Source: an uncultured Chryseobacterium sp.
Lineage (GTDB): Bacteria > Bacteroidota > Bacteroidia > Flavobacteriales > Schleiferiaceae
Assembly (NCBI GenBank): GCA_964507215.1
Contig: CAZDPF010000001.1
Location: forward strand, 1-44,344
Length of the DNA: 44,344 bases
Direction of reading: 5' to 3'
Position 1 is the first letter of the stretch. Each line of letters opens with the position of its first letter. Below, piece by piece: positions 1 through 8,466 of this stretch. A program made the translations under genes and the position numbers. Under the pieces are notes generated by a model, which had not been told where the DNA came from, made no database searches, and saw only the letters and a program-made list of their open reading frames with translations.

Positions 1-27
1 TGGGCTTTATGCCAGACTTCCTGCAAC

Positions 28-58
28 AAAAAAAGCCCGATCCTGTGGGAACGGGCTT
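28..58 (-). terminator. Rho-independent terminator downstream of glmS
   Basis: On the minus strand, just after the glmS stop (81-83), the sequence reads AAGCCCG-ttcccacaggat-CGGGCTT followed by a T-run. That gives a 7-bp GC-rich stem (33-39 / 52-58), and the A-run at 28-34 on the plus strand is the T-tract. Confidence 0.6.
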
Positions 59-80
59 GAACAGGGTAATTGAACCCTAA

Positions 81-1922
81 TTATTCTACTGTTACAGATT
101 TAGCCAAGTTTCTGGGCTGGTCTACATTGCAACCACGCATTACGGCAATGTGATACGAGAGCAATTGTAGGGGAATGGTGGTGATCAAGGGGGTGAAGAT
201 ATCCATTGTATCACTTACCTCAATGGTATAGTCTGCCAGCTTGCGAATGTCTTTATCTTCTTTATTCACAATAGCGATGACTTTTCCGTTGCGGGCTTTC
301 ACCTCCTGCACATTGCTCACAATCTTCTCATAGTGTGTGTTCAGCGGAGCAATAACCACTACGGGCATGTTCTCATCGATGAGCGCAATAGGACCGTGTT
401 TCATTTCAGCGGCTGGATAGCCTTCTGCATGGATATAAGAAATCTCCTTCAGCTTTAAAGCGCCTTCCAATGCCACAGGGAAGTTGTACCCTCGGCCCAA
501 GTACAAGAAGTTGTGGGCATCTTTATAAACTTTCGAAATCTCCAGCACTTGAGAATCGCTTTTCAGCATTTCCTCAATCTTTTTGGGAACGCTATCGAGT
601 TCATGCAACAAACGATGGAACTCGCTAGAGCTGATGGTGCCTTTCTCGTGACCGATGTACAGGGCAATTAAACTCAACACCGCCACTTGTGCGGTAAACG
701 CCTTGGTAGAAGCCACCCCAATTTCAGGACCGGCATGGGTATAGGCTCCGGCGTGGGTTTCACGTGCGATGCTACTGCCTACCACATTGCAAATACCGAA
801 GATGGTAGCTCCTTTTTGCTTGGCGAGACGGATGGCCGCAAGGGTATCTGCCGTTTCCCCTGACTGAGAAATGGCGATCACCACATCATTCTCGTTAATG
901 ACCGGATTGCGGTAACGGAATTCACTGGCATACTCTACCTCTACCGGAATACGGGCGAGTTCTTCAAAGATGTACTCTCCTACCAAGCCCGCATGCCATG
1001 AAGTGCCACAACCCACGATGAGAATTCTGCGTGCGTTGACGAATTTCTCTTTGTAATTCGCCACTCCAGACATGCGAATAATACCTTGATCTGCCAACAA
1101 ACGGCCACGAAGGGTATCGTGTATGGAGCGCGGTTGTTCGTAAATCTCCTTGAGCATGAAATGCTCATAGCCACCTTTTTCGATCGACTCTAAATCCATT
1201 TGCAACTTGGTCACATACGGATCTACCGATTGATTGCTAGGAATACTGCGCACTTCCAATGGCTCGCCCACTTTGATGACAGCCATTTCATCTTCTTCTA
1301 AATAAACCGCTTGCTTGGTAAACTCTAAGAAAGGTGATGCATCAGAGGCAATGAAGTACTCGTCTTTGCCAATGCCAATGACCAGCGGACTGCCCTTTTT
1401 AGCGACCACAATATGGTCTGGGTTCTCACGGTCTACTACACAAATGGCATAGGCACCAATCACTTGGTTGAGGGCAATGCGCAGAGCCTTGTCCATAGGA
1501 AGGCTCTCCGCCCGCATGATGTCTTCAATCAGGTTGACCAACACTTCTGTGTCTGTCTCACTTTGAAAGCTGAACCCGCGATCTGTGAGGGCTTCTTTGA
1601 GACTGTCATAGTTCTCAATAATGCCGTTGTGGATGAGGGCCAAGCGGCCGCTCATTGAACTATGAGGATGGGAGTTGACGTCGCTTGGCACACCGTGGGT
1701 AGCCCAACGGGTATGTCCAATGGCCAATTTACCCTCGGTTGGCTGGCCATCGGCTAGCTGCTCGAGATCGGAAACCTTGCCTTGACATTTGTACATCCGC
1801 AGGTCACCATTAATAAGTGCTACACCTGCGCTGTCATAGCCGCGATACTCCAAGCGCTTGAGTCCTTTGATGACAATAGGGTACGCTTGACGATGGCCGA
1901 TATAGCCTACAATACCACACAT
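81..1922 (-). CDS. glmS: Glutamine--fructose-6-phosphate aminotransferase (isomerizing)
   Basis: 613-aa ORF beginning MCGIVGY, the N-terminal Cys nucleophile of class-II amidotransferases. Two SIS-type sugar isomerase halves follow, and the C-terminus is ...AKSVTVE. This is the full-length GlmS pattern. Confidence 0.97.
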   Translation of the reverse strand: MCGIVGYIGHRQAYPIVIKGLKRLEYRGYDSAGVALINGDLRMYKCQGKVSDLEQLADGQPTEGKLAIGHTRWATHGVPSDVNSHPHSSMSGRLALIHNGIIENYDSLKEALTDRGFSFQSETDTEVLVNLIEDIMRAESLPMDKALRIALNQVIGAYAICVVDRENPDHIVVAKKGSPLVIGIGKDEYFIASDASPFLEFTKQAVYLEEDEMAVIKVGEPLEVRSIPSNQSVDPYVTKLQMDLESIEKGGYEHFMLKEIYEQPRSIHDTLRGRLLADQGIIRMSGVANYKEKFVNARRILIVGCGTSWHAGLVGEYIFEELARIPVEVEYASEFRYRNPVINENDVVIAISQSGETADTLAAIRLAKQKGATIFGICNVVGSSIARETHAGAYTHAGPEIGVASTKAFTAQVAVLSLIALYIGHEKGTISSSEFHRLLHELDSVPKKIEEMLKSDSQVLEISKVYKDAHNFLYLGRGYNFPVALEGALKLKEISYIHAEGYPAAEMKHGPIALIDENMPVVVIAPLNTHYEKIVSNVQEVKARNGKVIAIVNKEDKDIRKLADYTIEVSDTMDIFTPLITTIPLQLLSYHIAVMRGCNVDQPRNLAKSVTVE

Positions 1923-1937
1923 TTCTTATTCGGTTTT

Positions 1938-3257
1938 CTAAGGGTTGGTTGAGAAGTAAAGGTCGAGAGTAAGCGGATTTACTGGATGTAAATTTCCGTT
2001 CAAGATCAAGCGATTAGAGGTGGATGCTCCTGAACCCGCCACAAGAAAAAGACGTGTGCCTTTTCCATTGTAGTCGGTCAGGCGCTCAAAGATATGCCTG
2101 CTAATGTTAAACCGATATTGTTTGTCTTTGTAGGTTCCTTTAATTAAAGTGCCTCCCACCCCTGTTGAAGCACCAATTCGATAATCTTTGATGAGCACTT
2201 TTCCGGTATCGTTGGCTCCGGTTTCTAAAATCAGCAGTTGGGTTGGAGGTGCATAACCATTGGCATCAGATCCAATTTCTGAACGAAATACCAGCTCAGC
2301 TTTGTTGATGAGAAAAGCAGAGTCTACCAAATGGTGAAGGGTGGGAAACTCAAGCGCTGTAATCACTCCGCCCATAGCCTGTACATAAGTGTATAGCTCA
2401 CCATTGGCCGTATCTGGATTAGCAGGGTCAAAAGTAGATTGGCTGTAATCGTGTACAAAGCTGTTGGCCGTTGAACCACTATTGTCTGTTTCGAGGTAAA
2501 AAACAGCGGTATCGGTATCGTTATGGTAATAGAGTTCTAAGCGAGTGAGGCCTGTAAGCGTTTCAAAATATACCATGCAGCCATCTTCTCCTCCACTCTC
2601 TACTACTATACCATTGAAGTATTCAATGAAGTTGTTGTTGTTATCGAAAGCGCTGTTGCCATTCACCGCTTCATCGATGATCAATTGTTGGAGATAGGCC
2701 GTATCTAGTGGAATGACCAAGCGAGAGGCCGGAATGCCGTTGTCGAGAACGTCCAATGTATTAGGACGGTGCAGCACTGGACCGGAATCTCCCAAGAGGG
2801 TTCCTCGTTTCCACACTTTCGAAGAATAGAAACCGTCTTCCGCATCGGGGTCGAGGTATTCATCTAATTGCAATACCCGAATGCTCATGGCTTGATTGGT
2901 ATCGCCGTAAAAACCCTGGTACCTCAGCACCATTCTGGCAGAATCTAATCGAGGATTATCACCAAAGTCGGGCTGCGAAGATTGCAAGAGCAAGTGGGTA
3001 GCAAAAGATGCTTGATGGAAACCCAAGTGCGGGTCTCTGTAAGAACCTGCAATAGCGCGTTGGGGGTTAGTAGTGAGTACGCTATCGTCTAAAACGGTGA
3101 ATGTGCGTACAGGATATTCCTTGAGAACACCAACGCGTGAACGGCTTTCACCGATGGCGTCGAGGCCCAACAGACCTGCGTCTTTCTCGCAGGCATAAGC
3201 AAAAAGAAGAGCCATCACAAGGATGGCCCAAGCGTGGCTTGAAAGGATTTTTTTCAT
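1938..3257 (-). CDS. DUF4270-like lipoprotein (function unknown)
   Basis: ORF trimmed to Met13 (ATG on the reverse strand at 3255-3257), giving MKKILSSHAWAILVMALLFAYAC, a signal peptide plus Cys lipobox. It sits between glmS and the GT5-like gene/panC, the position occupied by DUF4270 proteins in Bacteroidota as I remember them. The family call is from synteny and memory, not verified. Confidence 0.65.
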   Translation of the reverse strand: MKKILSSHAWAILVMALLFAYACEKDAGLLGLDAIGESRSRVGVLKEYPVRTFTVLDDSVLTTNPQRAIAGSYRDPHLGFHQASFATHLLLQSSQPDFGDNPRLDSARMVLRYQGFYGDTNQAMSIRVLQLDEYLDPDAEDGFYSSKVWKRGTLLGDSGPVLHRPNTLDVLDNGIPASRLVIPLDTAYLQQLIIDEAVNGNSAFDNNNNFIEYFNGIVVESGGEDGCMVYFETLTGLTRLELYYHNDTDTAVFYLETDNSGSTANSFVHDYSQSTFDPANPDTANGELYTYVQAMGGVITALEFPTLHHLVDSAFLINKAELVFRSEIGSDANGYAPPTQLLILETGANDTGKVLIKDYRIGASTGVGGTLIKGTYKDKQYRFNISRHIFERLTDYNGKGTRLFLVAGSGASTSNRLILNGNLHPVNPLTLDLYFSTNP

Positions 3258-3279
3258 AGAACAGGCAGCCTCAAAGCTG

Positions 3280-4101
3280 TCAGGAGACCGCAAGGGCCTC
3301 TTCAGTCACTTGCTGATAGAAACGCTCAACGGCTTCTATTTCGTCTGCCACATCTTCCACCTGTAATGCATGTGGATGTTTGTTCTCTATGAGCTCACCA
3401 ATGCTGCCGTTCACTCCGGCATGACGGATGATGGCATCGCTGTACAACACCCCCGCCTTGCTCAAGCAATCAACATCTGCTGATTCAAAATGGCTGAGGT
3501 CATCTGCGGGAATTCCGTCAAACTGCAATCCGTTCTTCAGCTTGTCGCTAAAGGGTTCACAGTATTCGTAGGGGTAAATGCTGGTGATAATTTTAGCGTC
3601 TTGAAAGAGTGGATCGTCTGCATGAAAACGCTTCAAATAAAGCGGTAGTAAGCTGGCCATCCAACCATGTGCATGAATAATATCTGGTGACCAACCGAGT
3701 TTTCGCACCGTTTCGATTACACCTCGGCAAAAGAAGAGTGCACGTTCATCATTGTCTGCATGAAAGCCCCCTTTCTCATCAAAGAAAACAGACTTCCGCT
3801 TGAAATACTCATCATTATCAATGAAATACACCTGAATACGTGCAGAAGGTACAGAAGCCACTTTAATAATCAATGGCTGGTCCATATCGTTGACCACTAT
3901 ATTGATTCCACTCAACCGGATCACCTCATGCAACTGATGTCTGCGCTCGTTGATGACACCGAAACGGGGCATAAAAACCCGCACTTCGTGGCCTTTTTCA
4001 TTCATCTTCTTTGGGAGCGCTAGTGCTGCTTTGGAGATCTCGGTTTCTTTGAGGTATGGACTAATTTCTTGGGAAACATAGAGGATTCGTTTCTTATCCA
4101 T
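3280..4101 (-). CDS. Half-size glycogen/starch-synthase-like protein (GT5 N-terminal domain only)
   Basis: ORF trimmed to Met72 (reverse-strand ATG at 4099-4101): MDKKRILYVSQEISPYLKETEIS... The 273-aa product resembles the N-terminal Rossmann half of GlgA (ILYVSxE...VRVFMPRYG-like 'VRVFMPRFG'). The upstream 71 codons overlap the panC promoter region and are implausible as coding sequence. Confidence 0.7.
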   Translation of the reverse strand: MDKKRILYVSQEISPYLKETEISKAALALPKKMNEKGHEVRVFMPRFGVINERRHQLHEVIRLSGINIVVNDMDQPLIIKVASVPSARIQVYFIDNDEYFKRKSVFFDEKGGFHADNDERALFFCRGVIETVRKLGWSPDIIHAHGWMASLLPLYLKRFHADDPLFQDAKIITSIYPYEYCEPFSDKLKNGLQFDGIPADDLSHFESADVDCLSKAGVLYSDAIIRHAGVNGSIGELIENKHPHALQVEDVADEIEAVERFYQQVTEEALAVS

Positions 4102-4132
4102 CCGAGAACGTCTTTTCTTAATTGGGCGAATG

Positions 4133-4140
4133 CAAAGGTA
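4133..4140 (-). promoter_or_regulatory. Bacteroidota -7 box (TACCTTTG) for the GT5-like gene
   Basis: Minus-strand TACCTTTG matches TAnnTTTG and lies 31 nt upstream of the ATG at 4101. No clear -33 TTTG is present. Confidence 0.35.
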
Positions 4141-4152
4141 CGGAATTTTGCC

Positions 4153-4183
4153 TTTGTGGCGGGGGGTCAAGGCTGTAGCTTTG
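4153..4183 (+). promoter_or_regulatory. panC promoter (-33 TTTG, 19-nt spacer, -7 TAGCTTTG)
   Basis: TTTG at 4153-4156, a 19-nt spacer, then TAGCTTTG at 4176-4183, 17 nt before the ATG at 4201. Both elements of the Bacteroidetes sigma-A consensus are present with canonical spacing. Confidence 0.5.
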
Positions 4184-4200
4184 GAGGCTTGCTGCTTTCT

Positions 4201-5058
4201 ATGTTGAATATCACCAGACTCCGCAACGATCTTATAGCCAACCTGCTCGATTGGAAGCTCAGAGGCGCTCGAATTGGCTTTGTGCCTACCATGGGTGCCC
4301 TTCATGCTGGGCATCTTTCATTGATTGAAGAAGCACGCAAGCACTGTGATCATGTGGTAGTTAGCATCTTTGTGAACCCCACACAGTTCAATAACTCACA
4401 AGATCTCGCCCACTATCCTCGCACAGAAGAACAAGATCTAGAGGCGTTAGCTGCCACCCATTGCCACCTAGCTTACCTACCTGCTGTGGGTGAGGTTTAT
4501 CCGAAAGACTATGTACAACCTTTGTACGCCTTGGAAGAGTTGGAAAAGCGCATGGAAGGTCTGCACAGGCCCGGACATTTTCAGGGGGTTGCTGCTGTGC
4601 TCGATCGTTTTTTTCAAGATGTAGCACCTGATGTGGCTTGTTTTGGCGAAAAAGACTTCCAACAGTTGGCCGTAGTTCGCAAGCTGGTGGAGATTCGGCA
4701 GTTGCCGATTGAAATCATCGGCTGTCCTACGCTAAGAGAACCCAACGGATTGGCCATGAGCTCGCGCAATATGCGCTTGCGTTCTGAAACACGCAGCGCG
4801 GCGGGCTTTATTCATGATGGACTGTTGGAAGCAGCCGAGACTTTAGCGAAGCGTTGGGATTTATCCGTTCTCACCCAAATTCAAGAACGCTGGAATAGCC
4901 TCCCAAACGTTCGCACTGAATACTTGGAATTGGCCAGTGAAAGCAACTTTTCAACTCCCCAAAAAGATTCACCCATGGCAGATAAGCGGTGGCGGCTTTT
5001 TACGGCTGTTGAGGTTGAAGGCGTTCGGTTGATTGACAATTGGCCCGTTCAGGCTTAG
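4201..5058 (+). CDS. panC: Pantoate--beta-alanine ligase
   Basis: ORF trimmed to the ATG at 4201 (Met45 of the track ORF), which lies downstream of the promoter above. It contains PTMGALHAGHLSL (HxGH nucleotidyl-transferase motif) and GEKDFQQL, and is the typical 285 aa. Confidence 0.93.
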   Translation: MLNITRLRNDLIANLLDWKLRGARIGFVPTMGALHAGHLSLIEEARKHCDHVVVSIFVNPTQFNNSQDLAHYPRTEEQDLEALAATHCHLAYLPAVGEVYPKDYVQPLYALEELEKRMEGLHRPGHFQGVAAVLDRFFQDVAPDVACFGEKDFQQLAVVRKLVEIRQLPIEIIGCPTLREPNGLAMSSRNMRLRSETRSAAGFIHDGLLEAAETLAKRWDLSVLTQIQERWNSLPNVRTEYLELASESNFSTPQKDSPMADKRWRLFTAVEVEGVRLIDNWPVQA

Positions 5059-5097
5059 TGGATTGCCGATATTTGTACCACCCCCATATTTGTCCTC

Positions 5098-7164
5098 ATG
5101 TCTCAAAGTGTGAACGCTAGCTCCATCGATACGTCTGTTTTGCTCAAGGCCTATCGCTTGATGCAAACTGCCAAAGCCATGGCCGAGTTGTATGAAGCGC
5201 ATAAGGAAGTGACCTCTAAATATGTACACGCCACTTCTCGCGGACATGAAGCCGCCCAATTGGCGCTCGCTTTGCAACTTCGGCCCCAAGACTGGGTATC
5301 TCCCTATTACCGCGACGATTCTATTTTGCTGGGAATCGGCATGCAGCCCTACGACCTCATGCTTCAACTGCTGGCCAAAAGAGACGATCCATTCTCCGGC
5401 GGACGTACCTATTACAGTCACCCCAGTTTAAAAGACGAAGACAAACCGAAAATCATTCACCAGTCTTCTGCCACCGGTATGCAGGCCATTCCAACCACCG
5501 GATTGGCCATGGGGGTGCAGTATCTTGAAAAACAAGGTCTTGACAATTGGAAGCCAGGGGAGGCACCCGTAGTGGTTTGCTCAATCGGCGATGCCGCCAT
5601 GACAGAAGGTGAGGTCTCCGAAGCCCTCCAAATGGCAGTGCTCAAGCAGCTTCCCTTGCTCTTCTTTGTGCAAGACAACGATTGGGATATCTCTGCCAAT
5701 GCCAAAGAAACACGGGCACAAAATGCCGCCGAATTTGCCAAGGGCTTTCATGGATTGGATGTTCGAAGCCTCGATGGCAGCCGATTTGAAGAGGTTTATC
5801 CGGTTTTAGAAGAAGTCATCGAAACCATCAGAAAAGAACGCCGTCCTTTCTTAGTTCACTTGAAAGTGCCTCTTCTTGGTCACCACACCTCCGGGGTGCG
5901 AAAAGAGTGGTACCGCGATGATCTAGAAGAACACGCACAAAGAGATCCACTCCCTCGCTTTCATCAGTATTTGCTCGACTTAGGATTTGGCGAAGAAGAG
6001 CTAGTCAACATAGAAAAGCAAGCGCAACAATTGGTGGAAGCAGATTACGCTCGAGCGCTCCAAGCAGAAGACCCTCGTCCGGAAGATCTGTTTACGCATG
6101 CTTACGCACCCACCCCCATCACCGAAGAAAAAGGAGAAAGAAGTCCGGCCGGTAAAGAACCCACAGTAATGGTAGATGCCGCCCTCTTTGCATTACAGGA
6201 ACTGATGGCCAAACATCCAGAGGCACTGCTGTACGGACAAGATGTTGGAGGAAGACTCGGGGGTGTATTTCGTGAAGCCGCCACCTTGGCGCATAAGTTT
6301 GGAGATGATCGGGTGTTTAACACCCCCATTCAAGAGGCCTTCATTCTCGGAAGTACCGTGGGCATGAGTGCGGTGGGTTGCAAACCCATTGTGGAAGTGC
6401 AATTTGCCGACTATATCTGGCCGGGACTGAATCAGTTGTTTACTGAATTGAGCCGTTCTTGTTACTTGTCAAACGGCAAATGGCCGGTTAGCGCGGTATT
6501 GCGCGTGCCTATAGGCGCGTACGGCTCTGGCGGACCTTACCACAGCTCTTCCGTGGAGAGTATTGTTTGCAACATTAAGGGCATCAAAGTGGCTTACCCT
6601 TCTACAGGTGCTGACCTCAAGGGGTTGATGAAAGCCGCATTCTATGATCCCAATCCGGTCTTGCTACTCGAACACAAAGGCTTGTACTGGAGCAAAATCA
6701 AAGGCACTGAACTGGCCCGAACCATTGAGCCCAGTGAAGACTATATAGTACCGTTGGGAAAGGCCAGAATGGTACGCGAGTTATATGATTCCCATGCTTC
6801 ATGTACCATTATCTCTTATGGTATGGGCGTTTATTGGTCGCTTCAAGCCAGCAAAGGCCTAGAGCATGCCGTTGAAATTGTTGATCTGAGAAGCTTGCTG
6901 CCCATTGATGAAGATGCCGTGATCAACAGCATCCAAAAGCATGGCCGTTGCTTGTTGGTTACAGAAGAGCCCGTTCTCAACTCCTTTGCCCGCAATCTGG
7001 CAGGTTGGGCGCAAGAAGCTTGCTTTGAATACCTCGATGCGCCTATTCGTGTTTTGGGGGCCGAAAACCTGCCCGCCATCCCCTTGAACAGCACTTTAGA
7101 ACAAACCATGCTACCCAATGCAGACAAGGTGCGGCAAGCAATAGAAAGCCTCCTTGATTTTTAA
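5098..7164 (+). CDS. Alpha-keto acid dehydrogenase E1 component, fused alpha/beta subunits (TPP-dependent)
   Basis: 688 aa. The N-terminal half carries a TPP-binding motif (GDAAMTEGEV...FFVQDNDW). The C-terminal half is transketolase-like pyrimidine-binding/C-terminal domain (NTPIQEAFILG..., VAYPSTGADLKGL). The single-polypeptide E1 is typical of Bacteroidota. Confidence 0.88.
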   Translation: MSQSVNASSIDTSVLLKAYRLMQTAKAMAELYEAHKEVTSKYVHATSRGHEAAQLALALQLRPQDWVSPYYRDDSILLGIGMQPYDLMLQLLAKRDDPFSGGRTYYSHPSLKDEDKPKIIHQSSATGMQAIPTTGLAMGVQYLEKQGLDNWKPGEAPVVVCSIGDAAMTEGEVSEALQMAVLKQLPLLFFVQDNDWDISANAKETRAQNAAEFAKGFHGLDVRSLDGSRFEEVYPVLEEVIETIRKERRPFLVHLKVPLLGHHTSGVRKEWYRDDLEEHAQRDPLPRFHQYLLDLGFGEEELVNIEKQAQQLVEADYARALQAEDPRPEDLFTHAYAPTPITEEKGERSPAGKEPTVMVDAALFALQELMAKHPEALLYGQDVGGRLGGVFREAATLAHKFGDDRVFNTPIQEAFILGSTVGMSAVGCKPIVEVQFADYIWPGLNQLFTELSRSCYLSNGKWPVSAVLRVPIGAYGSGGPYHSSSVESIVCNIKGIKVAYPSTGADLKGLMKAAFYDPNPVLLLEHKGLYWSKIKGTELARTIEPSEDYIVPLGKARMVRELYDSHASCTIISYGMGVYWSLQASKGLEHAVEIVDLRSLLPIDEDAVINSIQKHGRCLLVTEEPVLNSFARNLAGWAQEACFEYLDAPIRVLGAENLPAIPLNSTLEQTMLPNADKVRQAIESLLDF

Positions 7165-7231
7165 ATTGCTGATGCGGTTAAACCGGAATCACTTTTGCTC
7201 ATCCTAGAGAATGAACCAAAACTTCATTCCA

Positions 7232-7627
7232 ATGAAAAAGCAATTGATAAGCCTGTTAGCGTTCTTGTTGATCGGTTGGGGACTTCAAGCGCAACCCGAA
7301 GGACGCAATCCGGAGGAAATGGCCCAAAAGGTCACCAATGAAATGGCCGATAAACTGGACCTAAATGAAAGTCAAAAAGCCAAGGCACTTGAAGCAAATT
7401 TGATCCACATCACCCAGATGGAAGAGCTGCGCAGCCAGCGGGAAAGAGATCGTGCACAAGCCGAGGCTGTGATGAAGGCCCACGAAGAAAAAATGAAAGC
7501 CATCCTCACCCCTGAGCAGTTTGAGAAGTTCAAAAAAGGGCGCGACGAACGATTCAAAAAAATGCGGCACAAAAGAGAACGCATGGATCGCGATGGAGAG
7601 CAAAGGCAAATGCCCATGCCCGACTAA
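7232..7627 (+). CDS. Small secreted Lys/Glu-rich protein with two LTxxQ-like motifs (Spy/CpxP-like?)
   Basis: Starting at the second ATG (7232) gives MKKQLISLLAFLLIGWGLQA, a signal peptide. The mature part is helical and charged, with 'LNESQ' and 'LTPEQ' motifs like the LTXXQ periplasmic chaperone family. An alternative start exists at 7211. Confidence 0.55.
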   Translation: MKKQLISLLAFLLIGWGLQAQPEGRNPEEMAQKVTNEMADKLDLNESQKAKALEANLIHITQMEELRSQRERDRAQAEAVMKAHEEKMKAILTPEQFEKFKKGRDERFKKMRHKRERMDRDGEQRQMPMPD

Positions 7628-7643
7628 TGATTGCTAAACGCCT

Positions 7644-7680
7644 AAAAAGCCTCGAATTCTTCTGATTTCGGGGCTTTTTT
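7644..7680. terminator. Bidirectional rho-independent terminator
   Basis: AAAAA-GCCTCGAA-ttcttctgat-TTCGGGGC-TTTTTT. The stem is 8 bp (7649-7656 / 7667-7674) with one G-U pair on the plus strand and one mismatch on the minus strand. T-tracts flank it in both orientations. It sits between the convergent genes ending at 7627 (+) and 7679 (-). Confidence 0.7.
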
Positions 7681-8458
7681 ATTCTTCTACTACCCTTGAG
7701 AACACCAATCGATGCGCATCAGATTCAAGTACCAGCTTCCCTTCTCCGGCCTGTAAACGAAGCGAGCCCGAAGAAAGCACCTCCGAAAACTTCAATCCCA
7801 TTTCCATGTCTTCGCAAGCCTTCAAGGTGCTTCCCAAGGCGGATGAGAGCCTCAAGCGGTCACGGGAAATTTCAGCCGATCCGAAATAGTTGTTGCAGCC
7901 GTCACTGCCATAAATGCGGGCATTGGGCAAATCAAAAACCAAGTTAATGTCCGTCATCTCCGGGTCAATGGCCTGGGCATCTAAACGCAGCAGTTGCCAG
8001 GTTCCAGACAAAGCCTCTTCATCCGCTACAAAACGTCCACAACCCAAAAACTCCTGTTCATTCGACAAGCAGCGCACTGAAAAAGGAAAAGCCTCCCCGC
8101 TCATGGGGTCAGTACAGCTTTGTTGAATTACTTCAATGGTCAGGTTTCCTGACTCAACCTCCGCATGGTAGCGAAACCCATGTGGAATCTCTTCCCGCTC
8201 GGGAATTGGCGTATGCATTTCGAATTTCACTCCAGGTCCGAACAAATGCATCCCCTTGTCAAGGTCCAATTCCACCGTCCAAAAAGGTTCTTGGCCTTGC
8301 GCTACAAAGTCAACGCCTTTGTCTTTCCAACGCGCCAATGGCGTAGGCTCTTCAGAGCGAATGGTGGTTGACGTTTCTTGCTCTTCAACCCTTTCGGTAG
8401 ATCCAGAGGAGCAAGCGCTTAGCAATAAAGGCAATAGGAAGGCGTGAAGGTGTTTCAT
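7679..8458 (-). CDS. META-domain (HslJ-like) lipoprotein with N-terminal 'EPFW' domain
   Basis: Trimmed to Met10 (reverse-strand ATG at 8456-8458): MKHLHAFLLPLLLSAC lipobox. The C-terminal part contains the GSDGCNNYFG motif typical of META/HslJ domains. The N-terminal part has GQEPFWTVEL. Confidence 0.72.
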   Translation of the reverse strand: MKHLHAFLLPLLLSACSSGSTERVEEQETSTTIRSEEPTPLARWKDKGVDFVAQGQEPFWTVELDLDKGMHLFGPGVKFEMHTPIPEREEIPHGFRYHAEVESGNLTIEVIQQSCTDPMSGEAFPFSVRCLSNEQEFLGCGRFVADEEALSGTWQLLRLDAQAIDPEMTDINLVFDLPNARIYGSDGCNNYFGSAEISRDRLRLSSALGSTLKACEDMEMGLKFSEVLSSGSLRLQAGEGKLVLESDAHRLVFSRVVEE

Positions 8459-8466
8459 GGGAAGTT

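Noticed and set aside
5069-5093. Two copies of ATATTTGT spaced 17 nt apart upstream of the E1 gene, considered as an operator.
   Set aside because: They are more simply read as one-mismatch variants of the TAnnTTTG promoter box (tandem or alternative promoters). They are too short to argue for a regulator site without comparative data. They are mentioned under the leaderless-promoter finding instead.
4969-5421. 150-aa antisense ORF. Many other 60-160-aa ORFs lie opposite or out of frame with long genes (e.g. 8488..8922, 15383..15769, 27776..28207, 28477..28962, 31030..31458, 31891..32349, 37685..38086, 40722..41159, 43797..44207).
   Set aside because: All lie within strongly supported genes that have clear family motifs. 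Their products are low-complexity or Arg/Ser/Cys-rich, as is typical of shadow frames. None has its own promoter box or recognisable domain.
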